A DNA stretch of 64,000 bases from the NCBI GenBank assembly GCA_040954595.2, contig CM082589.2, positions 4,912,213-4,976,212 of the forward strand, given 5' to 3'. How positions within the stretch are numbered: the first letter of the stretch is position 1; each line of letters begins with the position of its first letter. Origin of the DNA: Balanoglossus misakiensis (taxonomy: Eukaryota > Animalia > Hemichordata). The notes below the pieces were generated by a model that saw only the letters and a program-made list of their open reading frames with translations, was not told the origin of the DNA and ran no database searches. Both the position numbers and the translations under genes were made by a program. Positions 40,401 to 55,400 of the stretch are shown piece by piece.

Positions 40401-43400
40401 TAATTTAAAATAACTTGTACGACCCCTCGAAAGAGTGTTTAACATAGCGCAAGAAGAGAGAAGGAACGATAAAACACAACGTTATGTTGTCTCCAGTTTC
40501 AATCGCCTTTTTACATCTTAACAGTTTTATAGTTTTATTGAGATGTTACGTTGGACAACTGGAAACTAAACCACAGTCTGAACAAATAAGGCGATAAAAT
40601 GCTGTATGTTTAAACGTGCCTTGGGTGTTTAAGTGCTTGAGGACAATTTACATCAGACTCGATAAGACCAGGTGGACAAAAAACACTCAAAGGTGTCTTT
40701 AGTTCAACAGCCATATAACAGCGTCTGTAAAACAGCATTCCATTCGGCTCGTTTGAACAACTAACATCATCCTTGGGAAGACGTTTCCGGACTTTCCCTC
40801 TGGGACAGAACCGACTCGCAGTATAGTTTTGCTTCTGTGAATCTCCGGCACGAAAGCCAAATGCACGGCGGCTGGGGATCTGTTTATTATGCCCTCCTTC
40901 ATCTTATTTGTATGTTATTGACGAGCTTTAATCTGCATGGTATTTGAGAGCCTTTAAAACAATGCCAGTGGTTGTATTCTGTGCGTGTTCGACGACTGCT
41001 TTGAACACTTTTTTACACCTGGTCCAGGGGCCTGCGGTTTTCTCTCATGCATATCTCAGCATTAAAGATTTACAGACAGATTGATATCTCAAGGGATAAC
41101 TGCGCGGGAGGAAAATCGATAACTATCAACATTGCAAGCGAAATCACCCTGAATTGCATCAGTTAATATTTACCTTGTTCTGATGGTATTGATCTTAAAA
41201 TCCATATATTGATGTCTGCCGGTACCTCTTTTGTGAAATGTGCCACCTATTAGGAAATGCATAGACGAGTAAATATGAAATGAATCTCCGAATATAACCA
41301 CTGTATTACGTTTACTTCATGCATATCCTGCGGATTAGGAATACATGACTCAGTCATAGATAACAATTTCTGGACGATAAGGTAAATGATGAATAAAAAT
41401 TGTGAGGTACTTCAGTTTTAAGAGTTGTTCCAATAGGTTCTCACAGCTGGAAATACCCTCGTAAGGTCAGAAGTTTACACTTTGTATGCTACAGTCAGCT
41501 GCCTCTTCCCATTAAAAGCGCCGATAGCATTTTGTCGTCGACACACATTATTACAATACAATATTAAGTGTCATCTGGGGATTTTAAGATGGGTCCATAC
41601 GTCTGCGGCGTTTGATACTATCTCCACGTCAAGACCGAACATCGACTAACTGAGAGTGTCAAAATAAGCCAATTTCTCCCTTGACAATACACGCCCATAA
41701 CTTAACTGATATTTCGAGCTCGATGAAGTCATACGTAGTGTGCGTGCAACCATTCTGTAGGAGAATTGAGTAACTAATACATGTAAAAGTCATCTCAGTT
41801 ATTCACCTTGTCACTTCCCATGAAATATTTCACAACACATTTCATTAGACATTTGTTAATGTCATATGCAATTAACCAGCTTTAGTGCAAAACAATACAG
41901 TGAACTATGTACTTTAGTGTGCATTAAACTTTGGACATTAATTTGTAGTGGTTGTTAAAATACAATCTGGAGAACTGAATGTGCCTGCAGAATCCTTTTA
42001 TCTCCTTACAGGCGAGAGTAGCTTTATTAGAGAAAAATTGGCCCATATACTTCTGTAAAAATGTACTTGTATTTTTCAGGATTGGAACTCGGAACAAACC
42101 ATAACAAGTCACGTAGCAAGGAAGTGCAAAACCACTCACAAGCACTCAGTCAAATTCACAACTCATGCATTTAGAAACAAAGGACGGATTGAAAGGAAGT
42201 TTGAAATTAACAATATAAAGACCACCTGGTACATAGCAAAGGAGGGCGGCCATTGCAATAAATGTCAAAAAATACACAGACCTTTGTAACGAGTAGGCTA
42301 CATTGTCAATAAATTCCAGGCACCCCTATTTTCACGACTTTGAGCCCTGTCAAATATTAGTGGTAGACAAATCATAACATGTTAAAAATAAAATCTTACA
42401 CTTTTCATAGTATAAAACATAATATCCGATTTACCTATAGGTTGTGTTGAAAAACATACACAATTGTTCCAACACACACAGTCTACATCGATTATTCCTG
42501 CTCAGTATTGTACACGAATTTAAAAAAAGTATTCCTTCACAAACCTACATAATTGCAAAGTTCTCGCTTGACCTTTGTGTCACATGGACCGTGTATGTGA
42601 TTGCACAGTGTGTTGCCCAATAATCTTTCATTAGTAACACGCTGTGCAGCAGCCCTGGTGATCTACATACTGGGAAATTATGGGTTTTCCTGACACTTCC
42701 AGCATTTACCTTTTGATAATCAATCAATTTATTTATTGCCATGTGCTACGGATAACGTAAAATATATACGACTTTAATAATATATGTACATTTTTGAGAT
42801 CAACTTGATGCAATCAGAAAAGTTAACAGTTCTTGCGCATGGGAAATAGGCGCTTGACGATTACGACCTCTGACCAACTCCCTATTAGTCAATGAATTCG
42901 GAGCACATTAAATCGTCTTTTACCTCGGTGTTCTTACTTTCCCAGACATTTTGCCTAATCAATCATGGTGTTCGGCTGATGTGTATGAAAATTAACATGA
43001 TTTCGTTTACCCTTTGCTATGTATAATGAAATGATATTAATGCATTAGTCACTGACATATAACCAATTTTAATTCTTCTGGAGATTTCAGTGCAAATCGA
43101 TATTATGTAGTCTGAAATCTCCGTCAAGTCTAGCGAAAAAGGCTACCTTCCTGCTATAGCGAACATCCTTCTAGCTTTAATATGACATAAAGCACTTGAT
43201 AATGACTCTGCGGGCGTTTGATGTATTATTATGTGTGAGGTTCACTATAAAATCCATGTCTTGTTTCTCATGAAAATGAGTAATGACCTAAATTTATCGG
43301 GTTCTCAGGGGAAGGTAATTTTGATCTCTTTCTACCTTTATTTGTGTTAAAAACAAGTAACGCATGCATTCTTTATCTTAAACTATATCATCTAATTCCT

Positions 43401-46400
43401 TGCCGACTGCACGCAAAATCATAAATTATGCATCACCATGGAAACGTTTCGCTGCAGTTTTTAAATGATTTTACAGTAGAGAGTAAATCATTTAATTGCA
43501 GCATTTCACCCTCAACATCAACTATTTATTTAAGATATACTTCCATGCTCTGTTCCCATGGATGCACACTAATCAATAGGGCCCATGACTATTTTAGGCC
43601 TCACATAAGCTATAAGTTCTCCATACCCGTCCATTAAATCTTATTAATGCATTCTCCAAGAAACAACCCCGTAATGCTTAGAAAGACATCTTATGGTTAT
43701 TCACAAAAGACGGACAGGTATTCATGCAGAGTATAAGCCTTTTATTATACCCATGTTGTCACTAAATATTCTTATAATGCCACTTCATCGTTATAAATTT
43801 TAGGAGCAAATTGAGACTGTCTATTGTGCTGGAATTTATTTGTCGTGTCAGTTTCAGTTTGGCACTGTAAACTAGTTTACGTGATCATTCAAATATTTTC
43901 AGTATGCCGAGAGTATATGTATGCAAATATGAGCAAGAGGGAACTACTTTCTTTTTGTAAACAATGAACGCCACGGGCGAAACATGGTGATTAATTTAAA
44001 ATTTTGACACGCCATTTTATTATCCTTCCCAAAAATCGTCAGGAGAAACAGCATTTAATCATCCGTATATTTGAGAACTTCATAATTGTCAAAAATCTCT
44101 CGCTATCGACAGTTTTCCCGAATATTGCATGACCTTAATTTGCATAACAAAGGCTGCGTACCGTGGCCAATGAGCGACCGTCTATGGGGCGCGTCACCAC
44201 TGCCTCATCACTGTACAGAAAATCAAAACGCCACGATCAAAACTTCAATTTTCTCCAAATTTGAGGGCACATATCGACATAATTTAGGGGATATGATTAA
44301 TACGATTGTACATATACAGTATTAGCGAGTGAAGAAAACTAAAAAAGCGTCCTTGCAACATTGTTAGTTCAGATATAGATGACTTTTTGAATTCACAAAC
44401 TGTCATCTCTGTAGATTATCTGCCACGCATTGATATTAGTTCACTTTCATCTTCGCCATGTTTTTTTATTAATAGTAAGCTTAAGGACTTAACGTTTTGA
44501 TGGCCTTACGACGTGAACGCCTTGTAATGTGATGCACCCATTGTGACTATCGAGGACTTAGAGGGATTAATTTTCCCGTGTACGGGTAATTAGCTGTTCT
44601 GATAACCTCTATGAGACCTTAGATATTAGTATTTTCCTTACTAAGATCCATCAGTTTGATTAATATCTTGACAAAAGCTCTAAAGCTACAGCTTACGTCA
44701 CCTTTTCTGCACTGAATTTCCTCTCTGCGTCATTTTGAGGCAATTGTTGTTTTCACACATTTCTTTCACATACGTCATACCATCGGAAATATTATGATAT
44801 AGAGCGTCATGGTGATTACATTGTGGGGTATGGTGACGTTTAACGTTTATGCTCTGACGGCATATTTGTTTGGTATTATAGCGGAGATTACGTAGTTTTT
44901 CCCGGTATTATTCGTGATTCATTATTTCATTAATTCATAATATTTAAAAGATGATACATGTACGAATATCTTTCTGTGTCTGTCTGTCTGACTGTCTGTC
45001 TGTCTGTCTGTCTGTCTGTCTCACTGTCACAGTACAAGATAACAAATATTACTAATACACCACAGTAGCAGTAATAGAAGGTGTAAACTTTTTTTGTGTT
45101 GATATACACTTTGCTTGCTTAACTGGACCCTTTCCTTCTGTGGAAAATGCAAATAACAATTGTAGAGCTTTCTTGTCGAATAACGTCTTGTGTATTGGGT
45201 TGAGAATTGGCACTAATCCAGACTTAGAACCGCATCTCTCGATCGCCAGAGAGTCTGAGTATTAGTGACGTTTTAAAAGGGTCACGTAGTTTGCTCCAAG
45301 CATGCGTGTTCTCTAAGGGCATGCGTCGACAGGGGAAATGTGTGCGAGAATTTCAAATCCGCCGAGTTTTACCGTTTCTACGGTACAGTTGAACAATTGG
45401 CTTATCTATTAAAAAAACTTACACGAAAATCTCATTTTACTGAACTTATTTGCAAAAATCATTTTAACCTCAAAAATATTTGAAACGACTTGAAAATGCA
45501 TTGCCTTTTATTATGATACATTATTATACACTCCTCTTCATCTTAATTGTCTACATTTATGTATGCGGAATCGAAGATTTCAAAGAATAGTCAAGGGTCG
45601 AAAAACATAAAATACATTGAACACAGGGAATTTTAAGACTTTTCTTGGACGGAGAACCTACTACGGGAACCCTTTGTTTAACAAACATTTAATATCAGTC
45701 GACGAGAGAGGGAGTGTAAACGCAAAATGGTATTGCGAAGTTTTAAAAGGATTAATCATTATTCAAGTGGGTTGAAAGTAAGTTTCTCTTAATGGCTACA
45801 CAACATCCCTAACACTAGCACTTTAACACAGACGGGGTAACCCATCAATTTTATAAATGGCAAATACCTACTTGTTATTTTGTGCAATTATTTCAAATAG
45901 TTTTTCTCGTTGTATGAGGATAACATTAAATAAATGACTATTCAACTTCTTGACTCGTGTTTTAAGATTGTATATGGTAATTCCAGGATCTGAACAAGGA
46001 CATCTCGGAGCCACACAACCATAAAAAAATATTAGTACTGATCTTATAAAACTCTGCAAACTGGGAATGCTTTCGATTCTTGTAACCAGTGAGTCCTTCT
46101 GTATGGTCCTCATCCAGCACTAATATTTGTATATTATACATTTTCCTTTGGCGTCATTTTAACCATTAAACCATGATTGTAATATATTGGGTTATTTACC
46201 GATGAATTGATTTATGATTTACTGAGCAATTACTCAGACGTTGTTTCTTCATTTGCCGCAGTCAAATATCATGGATATATATAAATATATTATGACTATC
46301 GTGGTATGCGCACACGGGTATTTGAGCCTCGACAAAATTCAAAATCGCTTCTCGACTAAGAAGAATACGGATAATTAAGATTGAAGTGTTTTATCGATTA

Positions 46401-49400
46401 CAAATATGCTAAATGGGGCAGCCATTTGAGTTTAATAGACACTAATCGATATGTCAGACAGATTATACTCCTGATAGAATGCATGCAGATAACTGATGAA
46501 GGGAGTTACTTTTTTTTTCTACAGATATTCTCAGGATTCTTTTGGAGGTTCGCACTGTGGTACTGGGTGATTCATTGCTTCGGGCTGTCGACATGAATTT
46601 CACACCAGCTGTCAAATCAATCTGTGAATGTCTTCAACAAAGAGGCAAGATACCGGTGAGTGTAATTGTTATTAATGTGACCTGAGTGCGTCCCACCTGC
46701 GACTTGATCGCGCGACGCGTGACCGTTCCTCCTGACGCTTGATCACTGATGAGTATCGCGGTGCTTGAAATGCAGTGAGCGTCTGTCTTTAGGGTTTAAA
46801 CCTTGTCATTAAACATCGTGCTGTTTGCCCCAGATTGCAGCATGAACGGTCTCAAAACCGAGAATGTAGCAAAACGGGTGAACAGCGCAAAGACACGGCC
46901 TGTCGCACTCAGTGACGATTCACGACAGAAGACAGATCAGAAAGTCACTGATATCACAGCATTCTTTGAGGTTTATATAAATCCAAAGAGACTTCAGTGC
47001 GTGTCGCATTGCCGCCGTTACTATGGTAATTCCCCAGATTCACAAAACCATCCCCGACCATCAAAGCATGCCTTTTGATATGCAGCTGATGCCAAATAAG
47101 GAGTTGACGGATGTGTATTCCTTGCATTAATATTCACTCTACGGACTTAACGCATAGCCAGCTTTTACCAGTTTGATTTGGAAAGCAAGATCGTCATAAT
47201 GGTGTTAATGAAACGAGTGGCTCCGAATACAGAAGAGGTTAACAGTAACACTACCACGCTAACGAAGTCCACCTTTCAACATTCATTCTCCTAAGAAACA
47301 AAACTACCAAATGTCCACGGTCACCTGTTCTTTTTTTATCAAATAAATCGTTCAGACGGCTTCCAACTCGGTCTATTAAGACTATTTACGTTGTAAAGGG
47401 TCCCCCACTGAGCGTATTACAAAGTCTGCATGACCGCAATGCTTCAAGCATGGGTTGTAAATGAAGCGGTCTTTCCAATCGCAACCAACTGACTACGATA
47501 AAATGCGTTTGAAATTATATAAAAGAAACAATGTAACCCCCAAAACCATCCAAACAACCAACCAACTATACCGGTGGGGACAAATCCGAACCTTTTGAAA
47601 GACTATGAAGCCACAAAAGGTTATGTCAGTCTTTGATATAAGGATTGTGTTTTATGTTTTTTGTCACGCGCCTTATAGTATACTTTGGTCTATCAAAGAA
47701 ATAATACTCTCTGAGAGTGGGTGCCAAATTGCGGATCAGAACATATAAGCCGGATACTCGCAGAGACGCGTGAGTGAATTATTTTGATTTATTGAAGTAA
47801 CATTAAAGGTTATATAATATCATCAATGCGTAATCCTGACTTTAAAAGTTTCATTTCTGTTCGCTTTTCACAGAACGGTCTATACTGCCGGTCGTTAAAC
47901 GGTGACTTTCATGCAGACATCACTCCCGTTGTACTTGCAGCGCATCACAACAGCTACGACATCTTGAAATTGCTGCTGGACCTCGGGGCGAGGATCGAGC
48001 AGCCGGAGCTGTACAATTTCCAAACGGAGGAATTTACCCTGGAGCACTCGGTGGGCACAATCAACGTGTACCGCGCCCTTGCCAGCCAGGCGTACATCTC
48101 GCTGACCAGCGAGGACCCCATACAGACCGCCTTTCACCTCAGCTACAAGCTGCAGCAGCTCAGCATTCGCGACTACGAGTTCCGCTTCCAGTACGAACAG
48201 TTGGCGGACCAGTGTGCGCAGTACGCCGCCGATCTGTTCGGCCAGGTGCGCAACAGCCACGAGCAGGTCATCGTGCTCAATCACAACCCGGATGAGTGGT
48301 GTTTGGCGGGAGATTTCGATGAACCCTTGAAGGTGAAGCAAGCAATAAGATACAACCAGAAAAAGGTATATCTGTGTTTTTAATGTTTGATGGGAACACT
48401 GGAATGAAGTTTATTCATTGCAATGTGACCACCACAAAAAGACAATGATTCATTTCATGGGTATGGCGTTTAATGAACCTGTGACCCCCTTGAGAGTTTT
48501 TATATGAAGCCCCGAAAGACTTGTATAAGTTTTCATGTTCAGATAAATCGAGCCATGAGTAACTGTAGAATATAAAATGTGTAATAATTTTATTTTCTAA
48601 GCAGCCCCCAACGTGACTGCTGGTATTACCTCGACCAACAACAATCCCCTTGTGCATCAAAATCATACAATTTTCCTTTGAAATTGTCTATCCTACCCAG
48701 AGCGTTAATCTGTCCACGGTCACCTACATAAAATGTTTGACAATTTGAACATTATCGGGTCATAGACACCTGACTCTCGTTGCCAGCTCCCCACTGACTC
48801 CTAACAACAAAAACTCGTTCGGAGTACTTGCCTCTAAATTACCTCGTTTCAAAAACGAGAACTGAAGCAGAAATTATTCTGATTTAAAATGTAATAAACA
48901 CTCAGCCACTTAGAGAGATGTTTGCGAAAGATCACTGGCGTCTCCAGGTCTGGGGTTAGCCTGACATAGCTCTTATATACTTATCCAGAGAACAGGTTAG
49001 GGATGGCGAACTCTAAACCAAACAGGTTTGTGTCCAGGAAATATCTAGTACATGTAACTACAGCCATGTTTAATACGTTTGCTCAAAAGTTTACTCAACA
49101 CTCTATTCTTCTTTCTTCCTCTCATGTGTGGTACTGAATATACATGTATGCTGTCGATTCTTTTCCTACTACATGTATCGGCAAAATAATTAAAACTAGT
49201 AAAGGGGAGAGTCGTCTGAGCTGCGCATGAGCATAGTATTCTTACTGTTAAAGGGGAGTTTTCAATTCCTGGTTCTCGCATTAGCTCTTGCTGATATTGA
49301 ATGTAAATGTGGTGCAAACTTTGCATAACAATTGTACGTGTGGATTGGCTAATCAACAACCTGTGCCCTTGGCGAAAGTCAGGGGAGATCAACAACACTT

Positions 49401-52400
49401 TGTCACGTGTCATTCACGTAAGCACTCGGTAATCACCGTCGATAACGCATTCACAGTCAGTCCGCTTCAGTGACTGGCGGGGGAGGGGGTAGTGAACAGC
49501 GACTGGTCAGGTTAATACCACATTCACTGATCAAGACGTTTAATTTCCTATCGGAGCTAAATATTTCCGATTCGATGAATCCCATTTTACGCCTGCCGTG
49601 CAGCGTTACACTCTGATTTTCCGTTAAACGCGTTATTTTTTAGATCATATCCGCCCGCTGAACGGTGCAAAAGTTGTCGTGCATATATTTTACAAGCCAG
49701 AACATTTCTCCGATCTGCTAAATTTGTTATACCGCCATTACAGTTAATTGTACCCGTATTTCTGTGTATTTCAAACATTAGTGAGTACACGAGGCTACTA
49801 TATTGCAGTCAAATGTGCAAACCAAAATTAAACTTTTGTCAGACTCACATGAACAAACCAGACCGATTCTGGTCGAAACTTTGAGTAATTTGAATAGAAT
49901 GCTCACACAGAATATTTAAGAATTCAGGCTTTGGGCCAACATCCGCAGTAGAGTGTATTTGCTCTCACCGGTGCATATAAAGTCAGTAATTTGAGTGCCA
50001 AGGGGCGACACCTGGCCATTACAAGCACGAACACGTCGACACACTTGCCGGTCTAATCCTGAAGGACGGCTTGACAACAAATCAAAATTCCACTCGAAAA
50101 CTAAAAATAGGCAGGTGTCAATCCAAACACGACACAAGATCAACCGGGATGAAGTTAGCCAGGGAATACTTGCTTTTAAGGTAGCCTAGTCGTCCAAGAA
50201 CTGTGTAACAGAAAGATTCCCAATAGACCATTTTCCGAACTCCACGTCTTGAAAATAAAATTGAGAACACTTTCAAAACATATTCCTGACCAAGTTGAAA
50301 TATAGCCACTAGACATTGGACAGAACTGAAACCTTATTATGAAACCACTCAATCATTTAAATTTTTTGTGAATATCAATAATTAATGAATTTCAATGCCA
50401 TTAACCCTTATTTTTCGCCAATGTATTGATTGGTATTCAGACAAAGAATGATTCTCACGCGAAGTGTGCCATTAACATTGATACATTATGAATAAGCTAC
50501 TTCCAGCGATTTTAATTATGCGAGAGAGATATGCCATAGTTGTATACCTCGAATACAAAACGTGTACAGGCAGTTTTTAAAGTTAAGTTGGTAAGGTATT
50601 GTTGTCTGTCTGTCTGTCTGTCTGGATGGATGGATGGCATATTCAGACGCAAATATATCATTCTAAAATTAACTTACCCAGCTTTAACTCCAAACAATTA
50701 TTAAAATGAACGACTGTGTTCGTTGGGCGAGAATATGTAACCTGGGCTCATAATTGAAATTGCAGACATGATTTCAATCCCAAAGTCTGTTTGGGCATAT
50801 CTCAGGTAATAAATCAGCTTTATAAATAGCATAACTTTCTGGCGCCACTGCGTGTAGATTGATATCTGCACACAGATGTAGAATATATGAGTCAGTCTCT
50901 GTCAAGCTAACGACACCTATTACGTGTTCCCTCGCACTGCGAACCATGCACAGCATGGAGTAGTAAAAATAGCACTACAGCTAAGGATCGAATCGACGAA
51001 AAATCCAATCTACACTCTCCGCGGCAGTTAGAGAACCACATGCCAGTTTTCAACACTCTTGGGTTGGCTGGGGTTGGCGTTATAAATTAAAACACCACGC
51101 TCCGCGGACTGTTCCGATGCTGAAACATTAAGAGGACAGCTCTTTCAATTTCGCCCCACTCATAAAGTTGCGTGATGTACGAGGGACGGTTCTGAGCACA
51201 CAGACCAACATTTCCAGACAAGTATGAGAATCAGCCAACCGTAGACGCTTCACATTATGAACTGCTGAATCTGTATCATGTGATTGATGTGGATAATTAC
51301 AAATGTTACTCAGTGAGTCCCATACGTGTAGGTGAGCGCATATGCAGTCTTGAAATCACAACGGTGACGTCATTCAAAGAATGAGCCACAAAGGATGTCT
51401 CATTTTATCGATGGGATAACATTTCTGCATATAAGCGAGAAGCGAGAAAAGTTCGATCATTGGGTCTTAAAGTGTGTGGAGTTTACACTTATTTATTTAA
51501 CGTTTCAAGATTGCTTCGACCGAATAGGTCTGATTAAAATCAGATGTAGGGTACGGCGATGTCTTTTAATTAATACCCGGTACGATATTGTTATACTGTC
51601 GCTACACGACTTCTGACCAACTCCCAATCAGATTACACGTTACGTTTCTAACACTGGAGGTTACCTATTGTTCTCTAAAAGGTACCTTCTGATTAATTGG
51701 CTTGCCAGGCCAAGATTGCGACCGCATAATATGACCACCTCTTCCTTCTTGTTACAGTTTATCGCCCACCCACATTGCCAACAGAGGCTGATAGAGCGAT
51801 GGTACGAGGGACTGCCGTCGTGGAGGAAACAGCGGCCACTGAGGGCAGGCTTGTTCTCGATTCTGATCGGCTTCTGCTTTCCGCTGCTCGCCGTCAGCTA
51901 CATAGTCTCGCCCAACTTAAAAGTTTCCAAATTGTTGAGAGTGCCGTACGTCCGCTTTGTATGCCACACCGCCTCTTCCGTTGTGTTTTTGTTTTTATTG
52001 ACCATCCAGGCTATGGACATACATCTCCTCTCTGTGACGGTGCGGATAAGCGGTATGCAAAACGGGGAAGATCAGGTGGAGGAATACGACCAACATATGG
52101 AGTCAAACCCATCAGAAATTCTAGTAATGCTCTATGTACTAAGTGAGTTTCACTTCAGTGGCTTTTTTTCATACAAAACAGACAGACAGACAGATAGACA
52201 GGTTAGGCAGGCAGGCATCTTCGCTGATATAACTGGTATTTTCTAGCTAGCTTTGGCAGAGATGGAGAAATACAGACTTTCATTACAAGACAAATTCAAG
52301 AAGCAGTCGGGTATATATATGTACATCTCTGAGATAAATGTCAGGGTGTACGGTCACGCAATTTTGGCCAATTGGCAATGTTGTTTCATATCTGCATGGC

Positions 52401-55400
52401 GTGACTGGCATATGGAATGACTGTGGACAATCCATTATGTTGACGGGAAGACACAGAGCAAATTTCATTTTGGGTTGCCGTGTTCCCCCACTCTAATTTC
52501 TCTCACTTGATTTAACCCAGTGATTGGATATTGGATGATTCGCTGTAAGTCTAAATTGCAGCTTTATTTGCAAAAAGGCAATAAATGTCGGCGAGTGTCT
52601 TGTACAGCCTCGTCATTCTAACGTAGATCAAGAGAAAGTCATGTTATTACGTTTAGACTGAATTATTATTATCTAAAGTAACTTCATATCCAGGTATCCA
52701 ATAACCTTACCGAATATTACCGAACTGCGTAGGGAAAAACACACTAAAACAACTATCAGAGTTTGTCTCATAGACAGCCTTAGGGATATTGCCACGATGC
52801 AACCTTGAAACAAAGATGGTTGTTTGCAGACTATGTTAATACGTACACGAATTTCAATGTGGAGATAAAATACATGTATATCTTAATATTACATTTGTCC
52901 AACCTGACCATATACACCTGTTGACTTTGAAACGACATTTCCAGTAGAGGTAAAACAAACAAAAAAGAAGGATAGCGATTTTATCTTGCAACTTTGAGAG
53001 ACTAACTTAATTTTGCTGGTACCATTAGGTTCAACGGTCACTGAATTCAAGGAATTATGGGCTAAAGGAGCCAGGGTTGTTAAGGACAACGTCAGTTGGA
53101 AGGTGATCGACTACTTTACGTTATCGCTCTTCTGGATGTGGATGGCCCTACATTTGGTGGCTACTCTGAAGGTAAACTTCCAGCTAGAGATTGAGTATTA
53201 TCTTCTGTAGGTTAAAATTTACGAAGAACGTCACATTTTAGAGCAATGTAGAAGATACCTTCAACAATATACAGTCGTGTTAGTCAAACCTTTTCCAATT
53301 CGCTCTGATGTTCACTGTTTTACAAACTCCCCCATTGTTTTGATCCAGGACTTCGAAACAATAAATGTGAATGGGACAACCGTCTTCTACAGTAACCATG
53401 GCGGCAATGCGAATGGATCCCTGAACGACAGTTGGGGTAACTTTAACGATAGCTCCAACCACGCCCAAGAACAACAGTCGGAACACTCCACTCTGCCAAA
53501 CAACGTCAAGATTTACTTGGACGAGGCCGTCTCTAAAATCATGGCATCACAAAGTGACGTCAGAAGCAACCTATCAAATGTCGTCAGACAAGAACTCGAT
53601 GAACTGCAAACAAACATCATCCGAGCCATCGAGTTAAAGCTCAATGGCGGAACACTGGAAAGCCGTAGCAGACGACACAAACGGGCTGTGACAAGGCTTT
53701 CGACCACTCAGATTGGAGGCGGGCGGAACCCGAACAGCGGCCTCTCTCAGGACGACTACAGTAGTAGCAATATGAAATATTTATCCAGCACGGATCCCTT
53801 GCTGATAGCCGATGGTCTCTTCGCAATTGCCAAAGTTTTGAGTTTCTTGCGTCTAATACGCATGACTGTCGTGCATCTCCAAATTGGCCCGATGCAGATA
53901 TCTCTCGGCCGAATGATGATAGACATTTCGAAGTTTTTCGGCATATTTTGCCTGGTCTGGTTCGCTTTCTCTGTCGGATTAAATCAGCTCTACTTCAACT
54001 ACGCCAGGGAAGCCAAATCGAGCTGTCGACCAGGTGAGCGATGTGGTCAGCCATACGGAAGGTAAGAATTACACACCATCTGAAAGTTATCTCTCTTCTT
54101 TGTTCGTAATTAACTAATAGCCCCCTCACGTAGAACGTATTTTGTACTAACCTTATACTTCGTCATTCTTTCTCAAACGCCTTCACAGCGTGACAGACGC
54201 CCTGGGCACACTGTTTTGGACGCTGTTTGGAATGTCTGATCTCAGGAGTCTGGATATCACCGGGTTGGACCACTGGTTTACCGAAACAGTGGGTCGGGTG
54301 CTGTACGCGGCCTATCACGTTCTAGCCATCGTCGTCCTCCTCAATATACTGATCGCCATGATGAGTAACACCTACACGCGGATCGAGGTAAACATGAAGG
54401 TTTTCACATCCCATCTTCGTTCGAGGAGCGTCTACATCCTAGTAATAAAAATCCTCCCAGCCAAACACAAGGCTGTCACAGAAGCTAGTTGCTCACAGAA
54501 GTCCGTTGCTCACACAAAGTCCGTTGCTTATGAGGTCCGTTGCTCACAGAGTCCAGAACAGCTAGGTAGATTCCTAATTCCCAAGGCGATCCCAGGCAGT
54601 GTTGAGAAGTGTTCCTCGTGGTTTTTGTGAGAATGCCTTTTGTATGGGTGACCGTCTGGTTAACTAATATTTAAATGAAGCTAGTTGAAAAGGCAGGGCC
54701 TTTTGTTATGCAAAGCAAAAGCTACCCGTCTCTCGACCAAGCAACTAAACAGGGTGTGTCGTAACAAATGTAACTCACACATCCGTAACATGATAATTTT
54801 GGGCTTTATTAAGGTAATCTGCGGTAAGGATCGGCAGCCATGTTGAATTTCACATTTGTGACAGTTTCTATCTCAAAAGTTTTAACGGAGACCCCGATTT
54901 TTAGTCCTAATCGCCAAGGAAAATAATCTAAAGATGCCTAGAGGAAAATTTGAGAAAAAGATTAAGACTCATAATTATCGATATTACGAGATCATAGTGT
55001 GTGCGGAGTAGATGATATCAGTCCATTTGCATGAATTCGCCAAATACCTTTCAGCTGTGAACACTGTGTGTGTTGTTTAATATATATCGCGATTGCATCC
55101 AGGCGAATAAAATTGGATGCTGCACTAAACGGGAATATGCAAAAGAGTTCCACGACTCAAATGTCAGCCGAACATGCCCGGAGGAACATTTCATATTAAT
55201 TAGGTTTACGGAGATAACATTAGACAGTACAGTGGGGAAACTGAATAACGGAGCAAACGGAATATTGAATGGGAATTATCTTTCCCCCCAATTTCAACAT
55301 TGTGTACCGAGTACCGAGTATTGGATGATGTTTCTTGATTGACAACTCAAACCAGTTCGTTCTGTCGGCTTTGTGAATTGGAAAAGTTCACGGAACATTA

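Noticed and set aside
44040-44490. Possible transposon relics here and at ~54810-55200
   Set aside because: They look repeat-like, but I could not define TIR pairs or matching copies within the window.
34592-46524. Nested gene in the 12-kb TRPC intron 1
   Set aside because: Only short ORFs without recognisable motifs or consistent splice chains. Small exons or ncRNAs cannot be excluded by eye.
47699-47769. Cryptic TRPC exon ending at a strong GTGAGT donor
   Set aside because: 71 nt, not frame-preserving, weak acceptor, and exon 3 has no in-frame Met to support an alternative start.
47895-48341. 148-aa antisense ORF
   Set aside because: Shadow of the GC3-rich TRPC exon 3.
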